Positions 12,087-21,801 of a stretch of DNA of 64,000 nt are shown one piece after another; positions within the stretch are counted from its first letter, which is position 1; each line of letters opens with the position of its first letter. The notes under the pieces are model-generated. The model had not been told where the DNA came from, made no database searches, and worked only from the letters and a program-made list of their open reading frames with translations. The DNA is from an uncultured Marinoscillum sp. (GTDB lineage Bacteria; Bacteroidota; Bacteroidia; Cytophagales; MED-G16). The DNA lies in assembly GCA_964467915.1 (NCBI GenBank), contig CAYXSW010000002.1:50403-114402 (forward strand). The letters run 5' to 3'. Made by a program: the position numbers and the translations under genes.

Positions 12087-12094
12087 TTCTATTA

Positions 12095-12102
12095 TATTTT
12101 TG
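12095..12102 (+). promoter_or_regulatory. Sigma-A -7 element (proline dehydrogenase)
   Basis: TATTTTTG in the divergent aro/proDH intergenic region. Confidence 0.45.
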
Positions 12103-12133
12103 CTTTTTATAATAAATCCTACAACTTGCGTAA

Positions 12134-13309
12134 GTGGACAAAAATATAGAAAACTTATTTAATAACACAGAATTAGCGTTTACTAATAAATCAAACTTTG
12201 AATTAAGAAAAGCTTATTTTTTATTTTCTGTTCTTGATTACCCTCTGCTCACAAAAATAGGTAATGTATTTCTTCTTCTTGTACTTAAGTTAAGGCTTCC
12301 TTTTAAGGGAATAATTAAAAATACAATTTTTAACCATTTCTGTGGTGGAGAAACAATAAATGATTGTAAAGAAACTTTTAATTCGTTAAAAAAATACAAT
12401 ATTAGTGCAATGCCAGAATATTCAATTGAAGCTGAGTCTTCAGTTCAAGGTTTTGAAAAGTATAAAAAAGACTCAATTGAAATTATTAATTTTTTAGGAA
12501 AACAAGTTCTTCCTTTTATTGCAATAAAATGTACAGGGTTACTAGATATAGATTCATTAGAAAAAATATCGAGTGGAGAATACAAATATGATTCTGAGCA
12601 GTACACATCATTTAAACAAAGACTTATTGAGCTTTGTGATTCAGCTGTAGAAAATAATGTGCAAGTTTTGATAGATGCAGAAGAGACTTGGATTCAAGAT
12701 ACAATTGACAAAGTAGCTGTTGAGCTTATGGAAATTTATAATAAGAAATCTTCAATTATCTTTTTAACTCATCAATGTTATAGAACAGGAACACTTTCAA
12801 AAATCAAAAAAAACCTCAAAGTATCTGAAGAAAAAAAGTACTATTATGGGATAAAACTTGTTAGAGGTGCCTACATGGAAAAAGAAAGAAAAAGAGCTCT
12901 TCAAAATGGATATAGTAGCCCTATTCAGACATCTAAATCAAGAACAGATAACGAATATAATGAATCTCTTAAATATAGTATCAAAAATATAGACAGAGCT
13001 TCTCTCTGGGTTGGTAGCCATAATGAAGAGTCAAGTTTATATTTAATCAATTTAATGAAAGAAAATAATTTGAAACCTCAAGATAAAAGAGTTTGGTTCT
13101 CCCAACTATATGGGATGAGCGATAATATATCTTATGCTTTGTCAAGTTTGGGTTATAATATTGTCAAATTAATCCCATTTGGACCAATTGAAAAAACTAT
13201 TCCATATCTGATTCGAAGAGCTAATGAAAATAGTTCAGTTAAAGGACAGAGCAATAGACAATTTACATTAATAAAAAATGAAATAAATAGAAGAAAAAAC
13301 TTAAATTGA
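12134..13309 (+). CDS. Monofunctional proline dehydrogenase
   Basis: HFCGGE, LIDAEETWIQ, IKLVRGAYMEKE, QLYGMSD, YLIRRANENSS; GTG start; no P5C dehydrogenase domain. Confidence 0.93.
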   Translation: MDKNIENLFNNTELAFTNKSNFELRKAYFLFSVLDYPLLTKIGNVFLLLVLKLRLPFKGIIKNTIFNHFCGGETINDCKETFNSLKKYNISAMPEYSIEAESSVQGFEKYKKDSIEIINFLGKQVLPFIAIKCTGLLDIDSLEKISSGEYKYDSEQYTSFKQRLIELCDSAVENNVQVLIDAEETWIQDTIDKVAVELMEIYNKKSSIIFLTHQCYRTGTLSKIKKNLKVSEEKKYYYGIKLVRGAYMEKERKRALQNGYSSPIQTSKSRTDNEYNESLKYSIKNIDRASLWVGSHNEESSLYLINLMKENNLKPQDKRVWFSQLYGMSDNISYALSSLGYNIVKLIPFGPIEKTIPYLIRRANENSSVKGQSNRQFTLIKNEINRRKNLN

Positions 13310-13313
13310 AACT

Positions 13314-14834
13314 ATGATTTTAAGCGAGCAGGAAGAACAAAGACGTAAATCAAGAGAAGAAATAATTGAACTAGGAATTGACCCATATCCTTCAGAAGCT
13401 TATGAGGTTAATTCTTTCTCTGATGACATAAAAAATAATTTTGATGAGAAGAAGAAATTTTTTTCTGATGTTTCATTAGCGGGAAGACTTATGTCAAGAA
13501 GAGTAATGGGTTCAGCTTCTTTTGCAGAGATTCAAGACTCAAAAGGAAAAATCCAGATTTATGTTAGAAGAGATGATATATGTAATTCAGAAGATAAAAG
13601 TCTTTACAACACTATTTTTAAGAAAAAATTAGACTTAGGAGATATAATAGGAATTAGAGGTTTTGTTTTCAAAACACAGATGGGAGAAACTTCAGTCCAT
13701 GTTAAGGAGTTGAAAGTTTTATCTAAATCAGTAAGACCACTCCCAGTAGTAAAAGAATCAAAAGATGATGAGGGAGAATCAAAAAAACACGATGAATTCA
13801 GTAATAAAGAATTAAAATATAGGAGGAGATATATTGATCTTATTGTTAATCCAGAATCAAGAGATATTTTTGTTAAACGTTCAATTATTGTTAATGAAAT
13901 CAGAAATGTTTTAAATGAAAATAATTTTCTTGAAGTTGAGACTCCAATACTTCAGCCAATATATGGTGGAGCAGCAGCAAGGCCTTTTAAAACATATCAT
14001 AACACATTAGACATACCACTTTACTTGAGAATCGCTAATGAATTGTATTTAAAAAGACTTATAGTAGGTGGTTTTGATGGTGTTTTTGAGTTTGCTAAAG
14101 ATTTTAGAAATGAGGGTATGTCAAGATTCCATAATCCAGAGTTTACTCAGTGTGAATTTTATGTGGCTTATAAAGACTACTTGTGGATGATGGATTTTGT
14201 TGAAGATATGTTTAAGAGAATCGTAAAAAGAGTAAATAATAATACTAAAATTAAATGTAATGGAAATACAATTGATTTTGGAAAGAAATGGGAGAGATAT
14301 TCTATGTATGAGGCAATTGAAAAATTCACATCAGTTGATGTCTCGTATATGGATGAAGAAGAGCTTAGGATCCTCTGTAAAAAATTAAAGATCAAGACAG
14401 ATAAAACAATGGGTAGAGGCAAATTAATAGATGAGATTTTTGGAGAGAAATGTGAGCCAAATCTTATTCAACCAACTTATATAACTGACTACCCAATAGA
14501 GATGTCTCCTCTTGCAAAAAAACATAGATCTAAAGAAGGTCTAGTTGAGAGGTTTGAGCTAATATGTAATGGCAAGGAAATTTGTAATGCTTTTTCTGAG
14601 GTTAATGATCCTCTGGACCAAAGAAAAAGATTTGAAGAACAGGTTAAATTAGGGATTAAAGGTGATGAGGAGGCAATGGTACTAGATGAAGATTATCTTA
14701 CTGCTCTTGAGTATGGAATGCCTCCAACTGCAGGTATAGGAATAGGAATTGATAGATTAACTATGATAATGACAGATTCTGATTCGATACAAGATGTATT
14801 GTTCTTTCCTCAGATGAAACCAGAAAATCCTTAG
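13314..14834 (+). CDS. lysS: Lysine--tRNA ligase (class II)
   Basis: YGGAAARPF, LYLRIANELYLKRL, FRNEGMSRFHNPEFT, YGMPPTAGIGIGIDRL. Confidence 0.99.
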   Translation: MILSEQEEQRRKSREEIIELGIDPYPSEAYEVNSFSDDIKNNFDEKKKFFSDVSLAGRLMSRRVMGSASFAEIQDSKGKIQIYVRRDDICNSEDKSLYNTIFKKKLDLGDIIGIRGFVFKTQMGETSVHVKELKVLSKSVRPLPVVKESKDDEGESKKHDEFSNKELKYRRRYIDLIVNPESRDIFVKRSIIVNEIRNVLNENNFLEVETPILQPIYGGAAARPFKTYHNTLDIPLYLRIANELYLKRLIVGGFDGVFEFAKDFRNEGMSRFHNPEFTQCEFYVAYKDYLWMMDFVEDMFKRIVKRVNNNTKIKCNGNTIDFGKKWERYSMYEAIEKFTSVDVSYMDEEELRILCKKLKIKTDKTMGRGKLIDEIFGEKCEPNLIQPTYITDYPIEMSPLAKKHRSKEGLVERFELICNGKEICNAFSEVNDPLDQRKRFEEQVKLGIKGDEEAMVLDEDYLTALEYGMPPTAGIGIGIDRLTMIMTDSDSIQDVLFFPQMKPENP

Positions 14835-17473
14835 AGATTATCAAAAAATCTGCTTCTTTTTTCAAGTTTTAAATCTTGAAGAAGTGCAGACACGGCATTA
14901 ATAGTTAGATTGTAAGATTGAAACCTCCCAAATGGAACCCAGCTAAAGCTTATTCTCCAACAGTGAAGATCTCTTGTTGCATTTATACTCGTTTGAGTTA
15001 ACATCTTAAATTTAAAATCATAGCCTGATCTGAATGATAGTTTTGTCTTTTCAGTTATACTTATATCACCTGAAAAAGTAAGAGTTTGAGTAATGGATGG
15101 ATCTCTAAAACCAATCTTTCTCCTATTTAAATTATAGCTAGCATTTATTGACCAGGGGACATTAAAGTCAATATACTCTGCAATATTTGAGTTGATATAA
15201 TCTATTTCCTCTCTAGTACCATAGCTTGATTCTTTTTCTTCTTCATCTTTATTTTGAAAGTCTTTAGCAGAAAATCTAACACCTAGTGACATATTAATAT
15301 ATGCTAGTGATCCTATTCCCTGATTATTTTTATAAGCCATCTCGTTTATTCTTCTTTGGTATACTGTTTTTAATCCAGAAGAGGACTCGCTTACGCTATC
15401 TAGTTTGAAAGAATATGGATCAATATTTCCAGATACGCTTAGATTTATAAGTCTTTTAAAAAAAGAAGTTCTTGTGCTGAATCTTATGGGGGCTAAATTG
15501 AAGGAGTCAGCCAGAAAATTATAACTACTTGAAAAGGATAGGTTATCGAAAATTTTTATTTTTTTGGTGCCACTTATTGTATCATTTTTATCTAACACTT
15601 TCATCTCAAGATTATTTCCTATGTAAAAATTCATTGATGCAGAGCTTCCTACTCTTGGAGTTCCATATAAAAAGTTTTCGTATTTACTTAGAAGTTTTGT
15701 GTCTCCCTCATTATTAATTTGAACATTTTCATAATAGCCGTATCTAGGTCTAGTGAAATCTGGGCTGAATGACATAGATATTTCAGGAGAGATAACATGC
15801 CTTATGGCTTTTATTTTACCTTTTTTAAAGAATACTGTCCCATAAATTCTTGTAGATAATGAAAGAGCAGTAGAGTAAGACCATGCTCTAGAAAATGAGT
15901 TTGTTGTATCTATTTCTATTCCATTTTCTAATTCATTAAACCTATAGCTAAGTTTTTTAAAATACCATAGTTCATCATAATTAAGACTTGGACTAACAGT
16001 GAAGTATTTAAGTAAGTTGAAAGAAGTTGAGATTGGGATAGTATGTTTACCTCCAATTTTAGATCTTTCTATAATAGAATTGATGTTATCTATATTAAAG
16101 TCAATTTGTTCATTAAAGTTATTTCCGGAATTAATAATATTTAAACCACCTAAAGAACTGCCAACGGATCCATTAGTCAGATCAATTCTTCCTGTAAATC
16201 TGTGACTTATACTTAGTTTACCTAGGGCAGTCTTACCAAGCTTTCCAACGTTTTTAAATGGATATATCCTACTCATATTATAACTGATGTCAGGTAGTGT
16301 AAGGTTTACTTTTTTTGTCTGAACGTTTTGTGAGTGTCTTAGATTGGCTGAAAAGTTAAAAGGAGTTCCTGTGAATGTCTTTGAATATGATATATTAGAA
16401 TTGAATTGTGCGTTTATACTTTCATTAAAATTAGAGTAGACAAGGTTTTTATTTTGATTGTATGAGTTTGTTTGGAAATTTACTGAAGATGAGAACCTAC
16501 TAGATTTTCCTCTCGAATCTGGAGTGTGAGACCATGATAAAGAGAAGTCATTTGAAGTTGCAGGATTTTCAAAATCTCCTAATTTACTTTTATTAAAGTT
16601 GAATCTAAGATTTCCACTATATGAATATCTCTTTTTATAATTAGTACCCAAAGTCATACCATAACTACCTTTTGAGTATACATCTCCTGTGAGTCTAAGA
16701 TCAAGATTATCACTCACTGCAAAATAATATCCTCCATCTCTTAAGTAGAAACCTCTTCTTTTCTCTTCTCCATAATTAGGCATAATTAAACCAGAAACTT
16801 TTTTCTTAGGTTGCGGAAACATTCCGAATATAAAACCTAAAGGAGTAGGTACTTCTCCAAACTTTAAATGGAAAGGCCCTGATATCACTTTTTTACCTGG
16901 TATTACTTTTATTTTACTTGAAGATATATGGAAATGAGGTTCCTCAAGATTACATGTAGTGTATTTTGCATGACTTATAAAAAGTTCATCTTCTTCATTT
17001 TTTTTGACGTCTTCACCTTGCATATATGCGTCATCAAGTTGAGTGACAATTCCTTTTATTTTAGCTTTTTTAGTTTCAAAATTATATGTTATTTTATCAG
17101 TTTCGTAAGATTGATTCCCCTCAGAAAAAATTGGTTTTCCAATTTTTTTACCTGTTGAGTCAGTCTTATAATTAGCATCTAATGTTTTGCCATTCCAATC
17201 TACTAGTATCTCTTGAGCCTCTAAGTTTATTTCACCATAGTCAATTTGAGAATTTCCATATAGCATTATCTTTTGATTTTTTAAATCATAAAATATTGAG
17301 TCTTTGGCCTTATAATTAATTGTTGTCTCAATCTCTCTTGATCTCTGTGTTGTATCAGTTTGATTTAAACTAATACTATCTGTACTCATCATAGAGATCA
17401 GAGAATCAGATTCCATTTGTGAAAGGGAGATATATGGGGTAATTAAAAAAAAGAATATTACTATATTTCTCAA
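14831..17473 (-). CDS. lptD: Putative LPS-assembly protein LptD (Bacteroidota type)
   Basis: Signal peptide, OstA-like N-terminus (YKAKDSI), YTTCNLEEPHF, long beta-strand-rich region, RDLHCW...SWVPFG, LQDLKLEKR end; divergent from amidase-mlaD. Confidence 0.85.
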   Translation of the reverse strand: MRNIVIFFFLITPYISLSQMESDSLISMMSTDSISLNQTDTTQRSREIETTINYKAKDSIFYDLKNQKIMLYGNSQIDYGEINLEAQEILVDWNGKTLDANYKTDSTGKKIGKPIFSEGNQSYETDKITYNFETKKAKIKGIVTQLDDAYMQGEDVKKNEEDELFISHAKYTTCNLEEPHFHISSSKIKVIPGKKVISGPFHLKFGEVPTPLGFIFGMFPQPKKKVSGLIMPNYGEEKRRGFYLRDGGYYFAVSDNLDLRLTGDVYSKGSYGMTLGTNYKKRYSYSGNLRFNFNKSKLGDFENPATSNDFSLSWSHTPDSRGKSSRFSSSVNFQTNSYNQNKNLVYSNFNESINAQFNSNISYSKTFTGTPFNFSANLRHSQNVQTKKVNLTLPDISYNMSRIYPFKNVGKLGKTALGKLSISHRFTGRIDLTNGSVGSSLGGLNIINSGNNFNEQIDFNIDNINSIIERSKIGGKHTIPISTSFNLLKYFTVSPSLNYDELWYFKKLSYRFNELENGIEIDTTNSFSRAWSYSTALSLSTRIYGTVFFKKGKIKAIRHVISPEISMSFSPDFTRPRYGYYENVQINNEGDTKLLSKYENFLYGTPRVGSSASMNFYIGNNLEMKVLDKNDTISGTKKIKIFDNLSFSSSYNFLADSFNLAPIRFSTRTSFFKRLINLSVSGNIDPYSFKLDSVSESSSGLKTVYQRRINEMAYKNNQGIGSLAYINMSLGVRFSAKDFQNKDEEEKESSYGTREEIDYINSNIAEYIDFNVPWSINASYNLNRRKIGFRDPSITQTLTFSGDISITEKTKLSFRSGYDFKFKMLTQTSINATRDLHCWRISFSWVPFGRFQSYNLTINAVSALLQDLKLEKRSRFFDNL

Positions 17474-17513
17474 TTTTATAAATTTATCGCTTTTATGTAA
17501 ATTTACACACTAG

Positions 17514-17521
17514 CAAAGTTA
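17514..17521 (-). promoter_or_regulatory. Sigma-A -7 element (lptD)
   Basis: Reverse complement of CAAAGTTA is TAACTTTG. Confidence 0.55.
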
Positions 17522-17540
17522 TCGTCTGCTGACTAAATAA

Positions 17541-18326
17541 GTGTTAATGAGAAATATTAATATATCATTTTTATTAGGATTATTGCTTATTTTAACTTCT
17601 TTTAACTCCATTAATCCACCACAGTATAAGCTAAGAACAATTGTTATTGATCCTGGGCATGGTGGTAAAGATCCAGGATCTATTGGAAAATACTCTTATG
17701 AAAAGGACATTGCTCTTTCAATTTCTTTAGAACTAGGCAGAATAATTAAGGAAAATTTACCTGGAATAAAAGTGATTTATACAAGGAAGGATGATAGTTT
17801 TCCATCATTATATAAAAGAGCTGAGATAGCAAATAAGAATAATGCAGATTTATTTATCTCTATTCATTGTGATTCATTTTATAATAAATCTGTTTATGGA
17901 TCGACATCTTATCTAATGGGATTAAGCAAAAATTCAGCTAATATGAATGTAGCAAAAAGAGAAAATGCAGTAATTTTTTTAGAAGAAAATTATGAAGAAA
18001 CATACAAAGATTTTGATCCAAATTCTTCAGAGTCTGTAATGCTTCTTAGTCTTACTCAGAAAGCTAAAGTAGATAATAGTACAATTCTAGCTAATCTTAT
18101 TCAAGATCAATTTAAGAATAGGGTTGGTATCAAGTCAAGAGGAGTTAAGCAGGCTCCATTTCAGGTCTTATGGAATACAACCATGCCTAGTGTTCTTATA
18201 GAAACGGGGTATATTTCTAATTCTGCCGAAGAAAAAAAATTAAATAATAAAACACATCAAGTTTATCTCGCCTCTGCTATTTTTAGAGCAATTCGCGATT
18301 ATAAGAAATATTTAGAATCAAATTAA
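17541..18326 (+). CDS. N-acetylmuramoyl-L-alanine amidase (Amidase_3)
   Basis: VIDPGHGGKDPG, EKDIAL, FISIHCD, MPSVLIETG; ATG at 17547 is an alternative start. Confidence 0.95.
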   Translation: MLMRNINISFLLGLLLILTSFNSINPPQYKLRTIVIDPGHGGKDPGSIGKYSYEKDIALSISLELGRIIKENLPGIKVIYTRKDDSFPSLYKRAEIANKNNADLFISIHCDSFYNKSVYGSTSYLMGLSKNSANMNVAKRENAVIFLEENYEETYKDFDPNSSESVMLLSLTQKAKVDNSTILANLIQDQFKNRVGIKSRGVKQAPFQVLWNTTMPSVLIETGYISNSAEEKKLNNKTHQVYLASAIFRAIRDYKKYLESN

Positions 18327-18327
18327 C

Positions 18328-18335
18328 TAATTTTG
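18328..18335 (+). promoter_or_regulatory. Sigma-A -7 element (mlaD)
   Basis: TAATTTTG, 4 nt before ATG 18340. Confidence 0.5.
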
Positions 18336-18339
18336 ATTT

Positions 18340-19290
18340 ATGAATAAAGAAGTAAAAGTTGGTATTATAGGTGTTGTAGGTCTAGTGTTTTTTTATCTTG
18401 GATCAAATTTTTTAAAAGGAATTGATTTTTTCTCTCCTATAAATAGGTATTATGCACTATATGAGAATGTTGATGGCTTGATTGTAGCAAACCCAGTAAT
18501 TGTGAATGGTTACAATGTTGGAAGAGTAAGCAAAATTAAAATTTTACAGGATAGAGAAAATAAGATTTTAGTTACTATGGATATTGATGAAGATCTTGTA
18601 ATAGGTAAAAATTCTAAAGCAACTTTAAGTAGTAATGACTTCCTAGGCAGTAAAGCTATTATACTTAGTATTGGAGATATCTCTGATCCTCTAGTTGATG
18701 GAGATACTGTCAGTTCCGAAATTGATGGAGGTCTTTCTGAATTACTAGAAAAGGCTACTCCTATAACAGATAACCTTGGTGTTACAATTAGTAGGCTTAA
18801 TGAAATATTAGATGGTCTGAGAGGAAGTGGGGATATGATTACAAATACTTTAGATAATCTTAATGATGTGTTATCAAATACTAATAATCTGATTGACTCA
18901 AATGAAGAGACTATAACAACTACTCTTAATAATTTAAATGATCTAACTATAGATTTATCAAAAAAATTAAATGATATAGATCCAATTATTGAAGGGGCAA
19001 GTAGTATGATAAACAATTTTAATAAACTTGATTTTGAGAATACTTTTAATCAAATTGATATTCTCTTGACATCAGTTAATGGTGTTTTTGATGATATAGA
19101 ATCTGGAAATGGCGGAACTTTATCTTTATTATTATCGAATGATTCTTTATATAATAATTTAAACAAAACTGCTTACGATCTTGACAAATTATTAAAGCAT
19201 ATCAATGAAAATCCCAAGCACTTTTTTGCTCCCTTAGGTAAGAATAGAAAAAAGATTGAGAGAGATTTAAAGAAGCAGAAGGAGGATTAA
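18340..19290 (+). CDS. mlaD: MlaD/MCE family protein
   Basis: N-terminal TM (EVKVGIIGVV), YENVDGL...VIVNGYNVGRV, GTLSLLLSNDSLYNNL, INENPKHF. Confidence 0.9.
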   Translation: MNKEVKVGIIGVVGLVFFYLGSNFLKGIDFFSPINRYYALYENVDGLIVANPVIVNGYNVGRVSKIKILQDRENKILVTMDIDEDLVIGKNSKATLSSNDFLGSKAIILSIGDISDPLVDGDTVSSEIDGGLSELLEKATPITDNLGVTISRLNEILDGLRGSGDMITNTLDNLNDVLSNTNNLIDSNEETITTTLNNLNDLTIDLSKKLNDIDPIIEGASSMINNFNKLDFENTFNQIDILLTSVNGVFDDIESGNGGTLSLLLSNDSLYNNLNKTAYDLDKLLKHINENPKHFFAPLGKNRKKIERDLKKQKED

Positions 19291-19928
19291 GTTGTATAGC
19301 TAAGTATATGGTTATCAATTTCTTTTGTTGATATTTCAAAACCCTTTTCATTTACTAAACAAGTATAGAGATTTTCAGATTTATTTTTTATAGTTATATT
19401 TTTTAGTGGGATTGCACTTCCATTTATTTTGTATAAAGTCTCTTTTATTGACCAGTACTCAACAATTTTTTTTAAATTTTCTCCCACATCTTTTTCTTCC
19501 TCTTCATTTAAAAATTTAGATTTTATTCTTTTTACTTTTTCATCTATTTTCTCAATATCAATGCCACATTGTTTTTGATCTATAATAGCTGTTACGTAAG
19601 GAAATTTATGAGAAATAGAAATATGGTGATTTGAATTAATTAGAAAAGGCTTGCCATTATTATCTTTTTTTATTCCTTTGAATTTTATATTGAAAACTTC
19701 ACACATTTTTTCAACTAAAACTCTTGAGGCAAGAAATTCTTTTTGCTTTATTCTATTTTTAATGTTAGTTCTTTCTTTAGTTTGAAGAGTTAATTCCGCG
19801 TGTGTCTCAGTTATTTTCCAAACACATACTAATGAATTATTCTTACTAGAAAACTTATTTATTAATCCCATATAACATCTAATTAATATAAAATTATATA
19901 ATAATTGATTGATTTTATTTAAATTCAT
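19287..19928 (-). CDS. 4'-phosphopantetheinyl transferase family protein
   Basis: GKPFL, HISISH, GIDIE, WSIKETLYK; true start more likely the ATG at 19871 (MGLINK). Confidence 0.88.
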   Translation of the reverse strand: MNLNKINQLLYNFILIRCYMGLINKFSSKNNSLVCVWKITETHAELTLQTKERTNIKNRIKQKEFLASRVLVEKMCEVFNIKFKGIKKDNNGKPFLINSNHHISISHKFPYVTAIIDQKQCGIDIEKIDEKVKRIKSKFLNEEEEKDVGENLKKIVEYWSIKETLYKINGSAIPLKNITIKNKSENLYTCLVNEKGFEISTKEIDNHILSYTT

Positions 19929-19934
19929 ATTTCA

Positions 19935-20990
19935 ATGAATCAAATCAACTCAAGAGATCTTTTAAATAAAAAATTTAGTTCAGGGTTTCGTGGGTATGAC
20001 AAATCACAAGTAGAAAATTATCTTCAGACTTTATCTAGAGAGTTTGAAATTCTAGAGAATAAAATTTCAGATTTAGAAAATAAAATTAAAGAGCAAAAAA
20101 CAGAGAATGATAAATTCAAAAGTGTTGAGTCTTCTTTAATTAACACACTTAAAACTGCTGAAGATACAGCTAAAAATATTGTAGAGAAGGCTAAGGAAGA
20201 TGCTAAGGGTATTCTTGATGATGCAAGAGAAGAATTAAGTAATATAAAGGATGAGTATGATAAAATAAAATCATTAAGAGATTCAACAATCCAAGATATA
20301 GGTGACCTCAAAGAAAAGATAAATCTAGGTTTAGATGAGATAGGTGCGGAATCTAATTTTAATGAGATTGAAAAAAGTATAGATGCTGTAGAGAAAAATA
20401 TTGATTCAGATGACATTAACGAGGAAACTCTTGGCGATGAAAAGAATATTTCAAATGATGAACCTAAAATAGATTTAGAGGAGGAGTTATTTACTGAAGA
20501 AAGTTTGGACTTAGATTTAGAAGAAGATAAGGTAGATAAGAATACCGAAGAAATAATTTCAGAAAGTGATGAAAGTGAAAGGGTAGATGAAAAAAATAAT
20601 GAAGAAGAAGAGCAAGCTCAAGAAAAATCTGATCTTGATATTATTGAGGATAAACAAGAAATTTCTGATTTATTTTCAGAAGAAGAAGATAATGATGATC
20701 AATATGAGTTGGTAACTGAAAGTGAAGAAACAGAAAATCAAGAAATTATATCTGATAAAAAGGATATGTCAGCAGACGATATTTTTGGAGGAGAAGAAAA
20801 TTCAGAAAATAAAGTTAAGCTTGAAAAAGAGAATGATTCTACTGAAGAAATTGGTAATGATTCAGCAAACTTTAAAGATGAAAATATAGATGATGAATCA
20901 GGCTCTGAAGAGCAAGAGAAGGCTCCTGAAAAAAAGAAGTCTGATGATGTTCAGAGATCATTTTTTGACACATTCGATGAAAATCAATAA
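19935..20990 (+). CDS. DivIVA-domain protein with long acidic tail
   Basis: KKFSSGFRGYDKSQVENYL DivIVA motif, coiled coil, then about 200 aa Asp/Glu-rich region. Confidence 0.88.
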   Translation: MNQINSRDLLNKKFSSGFRGYDKSQVENYLQTLSREFEILENKISDLENKIKEQKTENDKFKSVESSLINTLKTAEDTAKNIVEKAKEDAKGILDDAREELSNIKDEYDKIKSLRDSTIQDIGDLKEKINLGLDEIGAESNFNEIEKSIDAVEKNIDSDDINEETLGDEKNISNDEPKIDLEEELFTEESLDLDLEEDKVDKNTEEIISESDESERVDEKNNEEEEQAQEKSDLDIIEDKQEISDLFSEEEDNDDQYELVTESEETENQEIISDKKDMSADDIFGGEENSENKVKLEKENDSTEEIGNDSANFKDENIDDESGSEEQEKAPEKKKSDDVQRSFFDTFDENQ

Positions 20991-21345
20991 ATCAACAATA
21001 TCACTTAATGGTCTAGAATTTAATTCAAAAATTGGTCTTTTAGATTATGAAAAAGAAAATGGAAATACCTTTATTGTTAATATATCAGTTGAGGTGGAAG
21101 TAGATAAAATCAATTATGATGATTCAGTCGAGGGGACTGTAGATTATTCAGAAATATTTTCAATTATAAAGTTAGAGATGTCAAGAGAGTGCAATCTTTT
21201 AGAGACAGTAGCATATAAAATTTCATCAAGGATACATAAAGAAATAAATAGTATTAAATTATGTAGAATTGAAATAATCAAGAATAGACCTCCTCTGGAA
21301 GGTCATGTTGATAACTCAAGTTTTATTTTAGAAACAACTTCATAA
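20977..21345 (+). CDS. folB: Dihydroneopterin aldolase
   Basis: ISLNGLEF..IG...EKENGNTFIV, TVDYSEI, NLLETVA; start reassigned from 20890 to the in-frame ATG at 20977. Confidence 0.9.
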   Translation: MKINKSTISLNGLEFNSKIGLLDYEKENGNTFIVNISVEVEVDKINYDDSVEGTVDYSEIFSIIKLEMSRECNLLETVAYKISSRIHKEINSIKLCRIEIIKNRPPLEGHVDNSSFILETTS

Positions 21346-21347
21346 AA

Positions 21348-21743
21348 ATGAAAAAAGACAACTCAGTAAAAGATTATATAGCAAAAGCTAAAACTATTAT
21401 AAATGATGACAAGAAACTTAAAAAACTTATTGAAGATGTATTAAATAAACTTAAAGATTTATCAAATGATGACAAGGCAACATCAAAGTTAAATGATTCC
21501 TTGAGAATATTTATAAGAATAATAAATGCCTATACTTCTAAAGAGTATACATATGTTCCGTGGAAGACGATATGTCTACTTGTTGCAGGTTTAATATATT
21601 TTATTTATCCTATTGACCTTATACCTGACTTTATTCCAGTTTCTGGGTTGATAGATGATGTAGCTTTTATTGCTTGGATATATGATTCTATAAAAGAAGA
21701 TATTGATAATTTTCTGGAATGGGAGAAAAGTACTAAGGAGTAG
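21348..21743 (+). CDS. YkvA/DUF1232 family protein
   Basis: LIYFIYPIDLIPDFIPVSGLIDD signature. Confidence 0.92.
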   Translation: MKKDNSVKDYIAKAKTIINDDKKLKKLIEDVLNKLKDLSNDDKATSKLNDSLRIFIRIINAYTSKEYTYVPWKTICLLVAGLIYFIYPIDLIPDFIPVSGLIDDVAFIAWIYDSIKEDIDNFLEWEKSTKE

Positions 21744-21765
21744 GGCATCTTATTAAAAATTATTT

Positions 21766-21773
21766 TATGTTTG
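21766..21773 (+). promoter_or_regulatory. Sigma-A -7 element (prpBCD-dtd)
   Basis: TATGTTTG, 28 nt before the prpB ATG. Confidence 0.55.
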
Positions 21774-21801
21774 GAAAGAACAAACAATTACTAAAACCCA
21801 T

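Noticed and set aside
18510-19016. 168-aa antisense ORF opposite mlaD
   Set aside because: Leu/Ser/Ile-rich shadow of a coiled-coil gene; no motif or promoter support.
20024-20416. 130-aa antisense ORF opposite the DivIVA-domain gene
   Set aside because: Shadow of Glu/Lys/Asp codons read in reverse.
20890-20976. Long 5' extensions in the ORF track (folB; also plsC 33098, rpsI 54512, PPTase 19928)
   Set aside because: They overlap neighbouring genes or promoters and lack family similarity; downstream ATGs fit better.
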